Position numbers and translations under genes: made by a program. DNA of 46,922 nt from Casimicrobiaceae bacterium (GTDB lineage Bacteria > Pseudomonadota > Gammaproteobacteria > Burkholderiales > Casimicrobiaceae), in the NCBI GenBank assembly GCA_036559685.1, contig DATBSV010000348.1:1-46922 (forward strand), read 5' to 3'. Below are positions 8,368 through 16,772 of the stretch, piece by piece; the first letter of the stretch is position 1, and every line of letters begins with the position of its first letter. Under the pieces are notes generated by a model, which made no database searches, was not told the origin of the DNA, and saw only the letters and a list, made by a program, of their open reading frames with translations.

Positions 8368-8826
8368 TCATGCGCCCCAGAGGCCGCGCGGCAGCGCCAC
8401 GTCGAGCCCGACGTCGAACACGAGCCAGAACGCGGCCGCCGCGGCCAGCGAGAACGGGACCGCGACGCGCTGGCGCTTGCCGAACAGCATCGTGGCGACG
8501 AACCAGCCCAGCAGCGCGAAGCTCACGGGGAACCCGAGCGGTTGGACGAGCAATACGCACACGACCAGCGCAGCCCAGCAGGCGAGCACGCGTCGCGTCG
8601 ATGCGCCGTGCGCGTTCGGCGTCGGGGGCGCGCGCTGCCGCATGCCGCGCACGACCAGCATCAGCGACAGGACCACCATCGCCATCCCGTACCAGCGCGG
8701 AAAGAAGCCGGCCCCCGGTCCGTCGGGCGTCAGGTAGTCCCAGCCCCACGCCTGCCGCACGATGAACGCCCCCAGCGCGGCGAGGATCAGGCCCGAGACG
8801 ACATCGCCGTTGCGCCATGCGGTCAT
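8368..8826 (-). CDS. tctB: Tripartite tricarboxylate transporter small permease
   Basis: From ATG 8826 (MTAWRNGD). GPGAGFFP, four TM segments and a C-terminal LPRG. Confidence 0.88.
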   Translation of the reverse strand: MTAWRNGDVVSGLILAALGAFIVRQAWGWDYLTPDGPGAGFFPRWYGMAMVVLSLMLVVRGMRQRAPPTPNAHGASTRRVLACWAALVVCVLLVQPLGFPVSFALLGWFVATMLFGKRQRVAVPFSLAAAAAFWLVFDVGLDVALPRGLWGA

Positions 8827-9560
8827 GCCAGGAAGCTGCCCCCGTTCACGTGCAGTGACTGGCCGGTGATGTAGCGCGCGTCGGGGCCGCACAGCATGCG
8901 CACGATCGCCGCGACTTCCTCGGGCAGTCCTTGGCGACCCAGGGGCGGCAGGTCGCGTCGATGGCCCGGGTGTCCGGCCGCGCGCTCGGTCGCGATGTGC
9001 CCGGGGACCACGCAATTCACGGTGATCGCATCGGGCGCGAGATCGAGCGCCAGCGCCTTGGTGAAGCCGGCGAGTCCCGCCTTCGCCGTCACGACATGTG
9101 CGCGCGCGGTCGCGCCCGTGTGACCGGTCAGGCCGCCGATGTTGACGATCGAGCCGCCGCCGGCGCGTCGCAGGTGCGGCAGCGCGGCCTGGCTGCACAG
9201 GAACGCGCCGTCGAGCACGATCGAGACGATCCGGCGCCAGTCCTCGAACGCGATCGTATCGAACGGCTGCTCGATCCGCACCGCGGCATTGTTGACGACG
9301 ACATCGAGGCGGCCGAAGCGCTCGACGGCGGCGTCGACCATGCGCCGAACGGACGGGGCATCGGTGACGTCGGCGACGGCGGCCATCGCGTGTCCGCCCG
9401 CGTCTTCGATGAGCTGCACCGTCTGCGCGAGTTCGTCGCTTTGACTGCGCGCGTTGACAGTCACCGACGCGCCGCCTGCGGCGAGCGCGCGTGCGATCGC
9501 TCGCCCGATGTTGCGTGCGCCGCCGGTGACCAGCGCGACCTTTCCTGCGAGTTCGCTCAT
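8823..9560 (-). CDS. SDR family NAD(P)-dependent oxidoreductase (FabG-like)
   Basis: TGGARNIG, VNNAA, HVVTAKAG (His at the catalytic Tyr position) and YITGQSLHVNGG. Confidence 0.92.
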   Translation of the reverse strand: MSELAGKVALVTGGARNIGRAIARALAAGGASVTVNARSQSDELAQTVQLIEDAGGHAMAAVADVTDAPSVRRMVDAAVERFGRLDVVVNNAAVRIEQPFDTIAFEDWRRIVSIVLDGAFLCSQAALPHLRRAGGGSIVNIGGLTGHTGATARAHVVTAKAGLAGFTKALALDLAPDAITVNCVVPGHIATERAAGHPGHRRDLPPLGRQGLPEEVAAIVRMLCGPDARYITGQSLHVNGGSFLA

Positions 9561-10051
9561 GTCCGAGGCCGCGATGGTGGGCGCTTCATGATAACCGCTT
9601 CAACGAGTGCGTCGAGCAGCGGCCGCTGCCCGGCGTTGATCTTCTCCGCGGCTTCGTCCAGCGTGAAATAGCCGTAGCGGTCGACCTCGGGGAACGATTG
9701 CGTACGGCCGGAGCGCGGCGGCCACGCGATCTCGAAGGTGTTGCTTCGCAACCGCTCGACGTCGAGGTCCGCTTCGACCGCCCAGGCATGCACGGTCTTG
9801 CCGCCGCGCAGCTTGCACGAGGGCAGCGCGACGAACGCGCCGTCGATCGCCACGCCGGTCTCCTCCTCGAACTCACGCTTCGCCGCGGCGAGCGGGTCTT
9901 CGCCAGCGTCGAACTCCCCCTTGGGGATCGACCATGCGCCGGCGTCCTTGTTCGCCCAGAACGGGCCGCCGGGGTGGACCAGCAGGACCTCGAGCACGCC
10001 GTCGCGCATGCGGTGCGCGAGCAGCCCGGCGCTCGATCGGGCGCGCGTCAT
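9557..10051 (-). CDS. NUDIX hydrolase
   Basis: SAGLL, LVHPGGPFW, WSIPKGE...AAKREFEEETG (Nudix box) and FPEVDR. Start ATG 10051. Confidence 0.9.
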   Translation of the reverse strand: MTRARSSAGLLAHRMRDGVLEVLLVHPGGPFWANKDAGAWSIPKGEFDAGEDPLAAAKREFEEETGVAIDGAFVALPSCKLRGGKTVHAWAVEADLDVERLRSNTFEIAWPPRSGRTQSFPEVDRYGYFTLDEAAEKINAGQRPLLDALVEAVIMKRPPSRPRT

Positions 10052-10185
10052 CGCGCGGGGACCCTTCGGGGCGTGCGCGGGTTGCTCGCGACCCGGTAGA
10101 CTGGGTGGACACCGGTCCGGGGAGGGCCCATGGCGAGCATCGTAACCTCGCGTCGCGCGAGCGTTGCCGCCGCGCCGCGCTAGAC

Positions 10186-11562
10186 ATGGCACGAGACGAA
10201 TTCGCCTTGCTCACGCGGCGCGAGCGCTTCCGCACGATCGCGATCATCGTCGTCCTGGTCATCGGCGCATTGGCCGTGTCGGTCGAGTGGCTGCGTTCCG
10301 CGCCGCCGCGGCGCATCGTGATGGCGTCGGGCCCGGAGTTCGGCGTCTATCACCAGCACGCGCTGCGCTACCAGAAGATCCTCGCGCGCGAGGGCGTTCG
10401 CATCGACGAGCGGATGACCGATGGCGCGCAGGAGAACCTCAAGCTGCTGCTCGACCCCAAGTCCGGCGTCGACGTCGCGTTCATGCAGGGCGGCGTGGCG
10501 ACGTTCCCGGCAGCGGACGGGCTGGTCATGCTCGCGAGCCTGTACTACGAGCCCATCTGGGTGTTCTACCGCGGAACCGAAGTGCTGACGCAGATCAAGC
10601 AGCTGCAGGGAAGGCGCATCGCCATCGGCGTGCCCGGCAGCGGGACCCACGCGCTCGCGAGCCGGATCCTCGACATCAACGGCATGACGCTCTCGGCCGG
10701 CGTGGGGCGCGGCAACACCGACATCGTGGCGATCGGCGGCACCGCCGCGCTTGCGGCGCTGAAGGCGGGCGAGGTCGACGCCGTGATCTTCGTCGGCGGC
10801 GCGCAGACCCCGACAATTCAGAACGCGATGCGCGAGCCTTCCGCCAAACTCCTGAGCGTCGCCCGCGCGGATGCGTATCCGCGGCGCTACAGCTTCCTGA
10901 CCAAGCTCGTGCTTCCGCCCGGGACGGTCGACCTCGCCCTCGACGTTCCCGATCGCGAGGTCGCGCTGATCGGGACCAAGGCGATGCTCGCGGCGCGCGA
11001 AGACTTCCACCCGGCGCTGATCAACCTCCTGATCGAAGCCGCCCGCGAGATCCACGGCGACCAAGGCTACTTCGAGGCGGCCGGCGAGTTTCCTGGCATC
11101 ACAGCAGTCGACATGCGGGTCTCTCCGCACGCCGACCAACACAAGCGCTTCGGACCGAGCCTCCTGTACCAATACATGCCGTTCTGGGCGGCGACCTATG
11201 TCGAGAAGGCGATCATCCTGCTGCTGCCGCTGGTCGTGGTCCTCGTCCCGCTCATGAACTTCCTGCCGCAGATCCTTCGCTGGCGCGCGCGGTCGCGCAT
11301 CTACCGCTGGTACGGCCAGCTCGCGCTGCTCGAGCGCGAGCTCGCGATCCACCAGAACGGCGAGCGGACCGGGAAATGGCTCGAGGAGCTCGAACGCATC
11401 GATCGCGCGGTCGGCCGGGCGAAGACGCCGGCGAAGTTCGCGAGCGAGGCGTACACGCTGCGCGACCACATCGGCATCGTCCGCCGCGCGGTGCTCGCAC
11501 GGACGGGTGCCCGCGAAGGGACCGCGCGACCGATGTCCGGCATCGATTCCCCCGAAACTTAG
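10186..11562 (+). CDS. TAXI-family TRAP solute-binding protein with N- and C-terminal membrane segments
   Basis: MASGPEFGVY, TDGAQENL, D.AF.QGG, LYYEP and IGVPGSGT; C-terminal TM followed by RIYRWYG.L...Y.LR.HI. Confidence 0.85.
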   Translation: MARDEFALLTRRERFRTIAIIVVLVIGALAVSVEWLRSAPPRRIVMASGPEFGVYHQHALRYQKILAREGVRIDERMTDGAQENLKLLLDPKSGVDVAFMQGGVATFPAADGLVMLASLYYEPIWVFYRGTEVLTQIKQLQGRRIAIGVPGSGTHALASRILDINGMTLSAGVGRGNTDIVAIGGTAALAALKAGEVDAVIFVGGAQTPTIQNAMREPSAKLLSVARADAYPRRYSFLTKLVLPPGTVDLALDVPDREVALIGTKAMLAAREDFHPALINLLIEAAREIHGDQGYFEAAGEFPGITAVDMRVSPHADQHKRFGPSLLYQYMPFWAATYVEKAIILLLPLVVVLVPLMNFLPQILRWRARSRIYRWYGQLALLERELAIHQNGERTGKWLEELERIDRAVGRAKTPAKFASEAYTLRDHIGIVRRAVLARTGAREGTARPMSGIDSPET

Positions 11563-11685
11563 GTCCCGATCCGAGCGTCCCCATGCCGAACCGTTCGCCG
11601 AGCTGCATGCTGCGCGCGTCGCGCGCGCCCCGACCGGCACGCAAGAACTCACGCCAATGCGGATCGCGACGGACGTCCCCGCGCG

Positions 11686-13428
11686 CTAGGTTTCGGCCAG
11701 CGGCAGGATGACAGTGATCGTCGTGCCCCTGCCGGGCTCGCTTGCGACGCTCGCCTCGCCCTTGAGCAGGTAGGCGCGCTCGCGGATTCCCAGCAGGCCG
11801 AACGAATTCGGCTTGCGCGCAGCGTCGGGCGAGAATCCGACGCCGTCATCGGACACGGTCACGGTGACCGTGTCGCTCCCTTTCGCGATCGCGATGTCGA
11901 CGCCGGACGCGTTCGCGTGCTTGCCGATGTTGGTGAGCGATTCTTGCACGATGCGGTACACGGCGGTGGCCTGCCGAGGCGCAACGCGCAGGTCGGGGTC
12001 GCTGACGGCCAGCCGGACGCGCACGCCGCTGCGTCGCTCGAACGACTGCGCCAGCGCCTCGACGGCGGCGACGAGGCCGAGGTCGTCGAGGCTCAGCGGG
12101 CGCAGGTCCGCGGCGATCCGGCGCATCGACGCGATCGTCTGGACGATCTGCCCCTCCATGCGGTCGAGCCGCTTCGCGAGCGTAGGGTCGGCGCCCGTCA
12201 ATGCGCTCCGGGCGAAGCCGATGTCCATCTTGAGCGCCGACATCGACTGCGCGATCTCGTCGTGCAGCTCGCGCGCGATCCGCGCCTTTTCCTCCTCGCG
12301 CGCCGTGCTGGAGGCGCTCGCGAGCTCGCGCAGGTCCTCGCGCGAACGCGCGAGGTTCTCCAGCGTCCGGACGCGCTCGCTGACGTCGCGCAGGATCACG
12401 GTGTAGAGCTTGGCGTCGCCCTCGCGGAGCTGCGATATCGACGCGTCGATCGGGAACTCCTCGCCGTTGCGGCGCAGACCCGTGACGACCCGCGCGTCGC
12501 CCATGCGCCGCGCGGTCACGCCGGTGGCGCCGAACCTCTCGACGTGGGCCGCATGGGCCTGTCGGAAGCGCTCGGGGATGAACCAGGCGAGCGGCGCGCC
12601 GATCGCCTCGTCGCGCGGGCAGCCGAACATCGCCTGCGCGGCGTCGTTGAAAAGCACGATCTTCTGGTGCTCGTCGACCGTGATGATGGCGTCCATCGCC
12701 GAGTCCAGGACCCCGCGCAGACGGCCCTCGCTCGTGGCCAGCTGCGTCTTGGCGCGCTCGCGCTCGGTCGCGTCGCGCAGGATCGCGGTCAGCACCTTGC
12801 GGCCGTTCTCGAGATGTTGCGAGATCGAGGCGTCGATCGGGAACTCCTCGCCGTTGGCCCGGAGCGCCGCCAGCGCGCGCACGTCGCCCATGCGACGCGA
12901 CGTCGCGCCGGTGCTCGCGAAGCGCCGGAGGTGCTCGCGGTGCGCCTCGCGGAACCGCGTCGGGATCAGCATCTCGATGTGCTGGCCGAGCACGGCATCG
13001 CGTGGCCAGAGGAATGCACGCTCGGCCGCCGCGTTGAACTGGATCACGCGCTGGTCGTCGTCGATCGAGACGATCGGATCCATCGCCGCATCGAAGAAGT
13101 CGCTGGCGCGTGCCTCGAGGTTCTCGACGGCACGGCGCGCGACGCTGCTCGAGCGTTGGTGCCGGTAGAGGAGGACGGCGAAGGCGAACGTCGCCGGCAG
13201 CGCCGCGGCCAGAAGCGCGGCGAGGAGCTCCGGCGTGCGGGCGCTCGCGAGCCAGATCGCGAGGGTGAGCAGCACCGCGACGGTGAGGAGCGCCACCCAT
13301 TGGAAGGCCAGCGACACGAGTCGGCCGTGCGCTTCCGGGTCGCGCGCCGCGAGGCCGGGCTCGTCGCCAGGGCGGGGCCGGACCGGTGGCGCCGCCGTAT
13401 CGTCCTCGCCGGATGATCGCAAGCCCAC
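11686..13428 (-). CDS. Membrane sensor histidine kinase with two PAS domains (HisKA_3 / NarX-UhpB type)
   Basis: Two TMs, two PAS repeats ending NGEEFPIDASIS, H-box EEKARIARELHDE, and QESLTNIGKHA, DDGVGF, GLLGIRER. Confidence 0.92.
   Translation of the reverse strand: MGLRSSGEDDTAAPPVRPRPGDEPGLAARDPEAHGRLVSLAFQWVALLTVAVLLTLAIWLASARTPELLAALLAAALPATFAFAVLLYRHQRSSSVARRAVENLEARASDFFDAAMDPIVSIDDDQRVIQFNAAAERAFLWPRDAVLGQHIEMLIPTRFREAHREHLRRFASTGATSRRMGDVRALAALRANGEEFPIDASISQHLENGRKVLTAILRDATERERAKTQLATSEGRLRGVLDSAMDAIITVDEHQKIVLFNDAAQAMFGCPRDEAIGAPLAWFIPERFRQAHAAHVERFGATGVTARRMGDARVVTGLRRNGEEFPIDASISQLREGDAKLYTVILRDVSERVRTLENLARSREDLRELASASSTAREEEKARIARELHDEIAQSMSALKMDIGFARSALTGADPTLAKRLDRMEGQIVQTIASMRRIAADLRPLSLDDLGLVAAVEALAQSFERRSGVRVRLAVSDPDLRVAPRQATAVYRIVQESLTNIGKHANASGVDIAIAKGSDTVTVTVSDDGVGFSPDAARKPNSFGLLGIRERAYLLKGEASVASEPGRGTTITVILPLAET
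12443..12856. repeat. 27-bp identical direct repeat (12443-12469, 12830-12856) in the duplicated PAS domains
   Basis: GCGTCGATCGGGAACTCCTCGCCGTTG occurs twice, 387 bp (129 codons) apart. Confidence 0.85.
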
Positions 13429-13449
13429 GGATTGGCGTCCTATGCGCCC

Positions 13450-14103
13450 TCAGCCGGCGTCCGAGGCGAGGTTGTGACGCATGGCATAGCGCACGAGGTC
13501 GGCCTGGTTGGCGATACCGAGCTTCTCCATGAGCCGTGCCTTGTGCGTGCTCACGGTCTTTCCCGAGAGGTTGAGCCTCGCCGCGATGTCGGTGACGCTC
13601 GCGCCGGCGACCAGGAGCTGGAACACCTCGTACTCGCGATCGGAGAGCCGCGCGTGCGGCGGCCCGTCGGCGCCGGGCATCGCGCCGAGCGCGAGCTGCT
13701 CGGCGACCTCGGCGCTGATGAACGCGCCTCCGCCGGCCACCTTGCGGATCGCGGTCAGAAGCTGCGTGCCCGCGCTGTCCTTGGTGACGTAGCCCGAGGC
13801 GCCGGCCTTGATCGCGCGCACGGCGTACTGGGCCTCCTCGTGCATCGAGAGCACCAGCACGCGGAGCTTCGGCTTCTCGGCCTTGACCTGCTTGATGAGC
13901 TCGATGCCGCTTTTGCCGGGCATCGACAGGTCGAGGATCAGCACGTCGAAGTCTTCCGCGCGCACGCGCGCCATCACCTGATGGCCGTCCGCGGCCTCGG
14001 CGACGACGTGGAGGTCGTCCGCGGAATCGAGCAGCTGGCGCAGGCCTTCTCGAAGGATCGTGTGGTCGTCGGCGATGACGACGCGGATGGACGGGCTCGT
14101 CAT
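13450..14103 (-). CDS. NarL/LuxR-family response regulator
   Basis: IADDHTILREG, LDLSMPG, GYVTK and LSDREYEV...LSGKTVSTHK. Start ATG 14103. Confidence 0.93.
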   Translation of the reverse strand: MTSPSIRVVIADDHTILREGLRQLLDSADDLHVVAEAADGHQVMARVRAEDFDVLILDLSMPGKSGIELIKQVKAEKPKLRVLVLSMHEEAQYAVRAIKAGASGYVTKDSAGTQLLTAIRKVAGGGAFISAEVAEQLALGAMPGADGPPHARLSDREYEVFQLLVAGASVTDIAARLNLSGKTVSTHKARLMEKLGIANQADLVRYAMRHNLASDAG

Positions 14104-14118
14104 CTCGTCGGAGGGCGG

Positions 14119-14132
14119 TTGACGCCGGTCAA
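14119..14132. promoter_or_regulatory. FNR box (hemerythrin promoter)
   Basis: TTGAC-GCCG-GTCAA; -10-like CACGAT at 14155-14160 fits -41.5 (class II) spacing. Confidence 0.8.
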
Positions 14133-14198
14133 GGCGCGCGCCGAGCCGGCAGGCCACGATGATAAGGGGCGAACCCGCCAACGCCAAGGAGGACTGGG

Positions 14199-14792
14199 GT
14201 GGACGCTATTCGAATCATCCAGGACGAGCACCGCGCGCTCGCCGCGGTGCTTCACGGCATGCGCTACCTGGTCCGCGAGATCCGCGAGCGCGGAGCCGGG
14301 CCGATGTTCGACGTGTTGGGCGCGATGGTCTACTACATCGACGCGTTCCCCGAGCGCGTGCACCATCCACGCGAGACCGCGTACCTGTTCCACTTCCTAC
14401 GCGAGCGGTGTGCGGACGCCGTTCCACTGCTCGACGCGCTTGAGGCCGAGCATCGCGATGGCGCGGTGCGCGTCCGCGCGCTCGAGCAGGCGCTGACGCG
14501 CTACCAGCAGGGCGGCGCGGCGGAGTTCGCGCCGTTCGCCGACGCCGTCGAGTCGTACGCCGACTTCCAGTACGAGCACATGGGTCGCGAGGAGCGCGAG
14601 GTGATCCCGCTCGCGCGGCAGCACCTGCGGCCATCGGATTGGGAGATCATCGACGCCGCGTTCGCCGGCGGGTCGCTGCCGCTAGCCGGCGACGGGACGG
14701 TGCGCGACTACGACAAGTTGTTCGAGCGGATCGTGAGGCTTGCGCCGCCGCCGATCGGCGTCGGTCCCGAGGCCCCGCGCCCCGCTAGGTGA
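14199..14792 (+). CDS. Hemerythrin (HHE cation-binding) domain protein
   Basis: EHRAL, HHPRE, AEHR and HMGREE motifs; GTG start with a GGAGG RBS. Confidence 0.9.
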   Translation: MDAIRIIQDEHRALAAVLHGMRYLVREIRERGAGPMFDVLGAMVYYIDAFPERVHHPRETAYLFHFLRERCADAVPLLDALEAEHRDGAVRVRALEQALTRYQQGGAAEFAPFADAVESYADFQYEHMGREEREVIPLARQHLRPSDWEIIDAAFAGGSLPLAGDGTVRDYDKLFERIVRLAPPPIGVGPEAPRPAR

Positions 14793-14816
14793 GGCGTACG
14801 CTGCGCAGGCCCGGCG

Positions 14817-15233
14817 TCACTTGGGCGGCGGGCCGCCGCGACGCATGCCCTCGGTTCCCATCATCGGGGCGTCGAGCATCATGTCCATCATCATCTGCAT
14901 CATGCCGAGCCGATCTTCCATCATGCACATGCGCTCGTCGGCACCCGCGCCGTGCATCGTGCCGCCTTGATGGGACGTGCCGCTGCTCGCCGGCATGCCC
15001 TCGCGCATCGCCTTCCGCGCGTCGTCCATCGCCTTGCGGCGCTCCTCGGGAGTCGTCGCGGTGCGCATGCGCTCGTGCGCCGCCTGCATGCCCTTGACGT
15101 GCTCGTCGTGGGATGCGCCGGCGCCCGTCTGCCGCGGCATGTCCTGGCACATGCCCGCCTGGGCCGGTGCTGCGACCAGCACGAGCGAGGCGAAGGCGGC
15201 CGCGGCGGCAAGAGGGCGATTCCTCGGGAACAT
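14817..15233 (-). CDS. Small exported Met/His-rich helical protein
   Basis: Signal peptide ending PAQA; HERMRTATTPEERRKAM and MCMMEDRLGMMQMMMDMM; RBS AAGGAG. Confidence 0.8.
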   Translation of the reverse strand: MFPRNRPLAAAAAFASLVLVAAPAQAGMCQDMPRQTGAGASHDEHVKGMQAAHERMRTATTPEERRKAMDDARKAMREGMPASSGTSHQGGTMHGAGADERMCMMEDRLGMMQMMMDMMLDAPMMGTEGMRRGGPPPK

Positions 15234-15290
15234 GGTTTGCTCCTTGGCATTGAGTCGTTTCGAGCATGCGCCAAATCGCTCGCATCGTCG

Positions 15291-15304
15291 TTGACGCGGA
15301 TCAA
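15291..15304. promoter_or_regulatory. FNR box upstream of the Met-rich protein
   Basis: TTGAC-GCGG-ATCAA; minus-strand -10-like CATGCT at 15268-15263. Confidence 0.8.
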
Positions 15305-15346
15305 CGATCCTTCCACCGCGCGCGCGTCCGGAGCGACGCCACGATG

Positions 15347-16132
15347 TCAGTGGAGGGCGGCGTCGACGAGTCGCCGCAGCGCCGTGCGATCGATGAGGCG
15401 CACGTCGCGTCCCTGGACGCGGATCAAGCCTTCACGGTGGAAGCGCGAGAACAGGCGGCTGACCGTCTCGAGCTTGAGGCCGAGGTGGCAACCGATCTCC
15501 TCGCGCGTCATCCGCAGCATGAACTCGCTCGACGAGTAGCCGCGGGCGGCGTAGCGCTCGGCGAGGTCGAGCAGGAACGCTGCCAGGCGCTGCTCGGCGC
15601 GCATCGCGCCCAGCATCAGCATCACCTTGCGCTCGCGGCCGATCTCGCGCGACATGAGCGCGTGGAACCGGTGCTGGAGTCCGACGTCGCTTCGCGCCAT
15701 CGCCTCCATCCGCTCGAGCGGGATCACGCAGAACTCGCTGTCCTCGAGCGCGGTCACGGTCGCGTCGTGACGGCTGCCGAAGATCGCGGCGGCCCCGATG
15801 ACGTCGCCGCTGATGTGGTACCCGGCGAGCTGCTCCTGGCCACCCGCCGTGGTCACCACCGACTTGCAGGATCCGGAGCGGATCGCGTAGAGGCCGCGGA
15901 ACGCGTCGCCGCAATGGACCAGGATGTCGCCCTTGCGGACGCGGATGCGCTGCGAGACGAGCGCATCGAGCTGCAGGCCCCCGTCACGCTCGCCGGCCCC
16001 GGGCATGCAGAACATGAGCGAGCCGCACGACGTGCAGACGGCCGGCGCGCTCGGGACAACCCGGAGCCTCACCGTCTCGCGCAGTTGGGCGGGCGTCGCG
16101 AGGGACGTGCGTTGGAGCGCGAAGGTGGGCAT
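15347..16132 (-). CDS. fnr: Fe-S-type Crp/Fnr transcriptional regulator
   Basis: N-terminal CTSCGSLMFC (Cx2Cx5C), internal EFC Cys and HTH LKLETVSR. RBS GGGAG before ATG 16132 (alternative start 16156). Confidence 0.88.
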   Translation of the reverse strand: MPTFALQRTSLATPAQLRETVRLRVVPSAPAVCTSCGSLMFCMPGAGERDGGLQLDALVSQRIRVRKGDILVHCGDAFRGLYAIRSGSCKSVVTTAGGQEQLAGYHISGDVIGAAAIFGSRHDATVTALEDSEFCVIPLERMEAMARSDVGLQHRFHALMSREIGRERKVMLMLGAMRAEQRLAAFLLDLAERYAARGYSSSEFMLRMTREEIGCHLGLKLETVSRLFSRFHREGLIRVQGRDVRLIDRTALRRLVDAALH

Positions 16133-16158
16133 GGTGAACTCCCGTTCTTGCGACATCG

Positions 16159-16554
16159 CTAGGGGGCGGAGGTCGGGTCTCCGCGCATGCCGCGGATGAC
16201 CGTCCCCACGCTCTCGAATTCGGTGGTCTTGTCGAAGAAATGGTTCGCGCCCGCGGCCAGGCAAGCACGGCGGTACTGCGCGTCGGCGTGGTTGGTCAGC
16301 ACGATGAAGACGGTCGACGGCGATTGCGTGCGCAGCGCCCGCAGGACGTCGACGCCGGTCCCGCCCTCGAGCTGGTAGTCGAGCAGCACGCACGCGGGTT
16401 CGGTGCGACGGATGCCCGCGATCGCGTCCTCGGGCGTGCCGGCGTCCCCGACGACGACGGCACCGGCGATGCCGTCGACGTACTCGCGAAGTCGCTCGAG
16501 GACGGCGGGCGCGTCGTCCACGATGAACACTCGCGTGGGAGAAGGCGTCCTCAT
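16159..16554 (-). CDS. Single-domain response regulator (REC)
   Basis: VFIVDD, LLDYQL, VLTNH and FFDK. Start 16554 or 16563. Confidence 0.88.
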   Translation of the reverse strand: MRTPSPTRVFIVDDAPAVLERLREYVDGIAGAVVVGDAGTPEDAIAGIRRTEPACVLLDYQLEGGTGVDVLRALRTQSPSTVFIVLTNHADAQYRRACLAAGANHFFDKTTEFESVGTVIRGMRGDPTSAP

Positions 16555-16635
16555 CGGGCCCATTGTTGGAGGCCGTGCCCGCCCCGCCCATCGGTGCTGC
16601 CTGATTGGGATGATCGGGCGGCGCTGATTCGCGGC

Positions 16636-16671
16636 GTCGGGCGACGCCTAGCCGCGTCGGGATCGCCCTAC
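16636..16671. promoter_or_regulatory. Two tandem imperfect palindromes GTCGG-N6-CCTA(G/C), candidate response-regulator sites
   Basis: 16636-16651 and 16656-16671, 20-bp period, upstream of the REC-fnr genes. Confidence 0.45.
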
Positions 16672-16758
16672 ACGATGGCGGGCCCGACGCGCCGGGCCGC
16701 GACCAGGCAGGCGGCGGCGGTGACCGGCGGAGCCTACTGACGGCGTTCGCGGCGGCGG

Positions 16759-16772
16759 TTGACGCCGGTCAA
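16759..16772. promoter_or_regulatory. FNR box upstream of REC-fnr
   Basis: TTGAC-GCCG-GTCAA; minus-strand -10-like TAGGCT at 16736-16731 fits -41.5 spacing. Confidence 0.75.

Noticed and set aside
6202-8874. 890-aa plus-strand ORF and similar antisense ORFs throughout the window
   Set aside because: Antisense to conserved genes, with no motifs; explained by stop-codon scarcity at high GC.
10052-10135. Resemblance to 4.5S SRP RNA or a NUDIX-associated ykkC-type riboswitch
   Set aside because: It has a GGGCCCT/AGGGTCC closing stem but lacks the SRP core CAGG-GRAA-AGCAG and the ykkC consensus.
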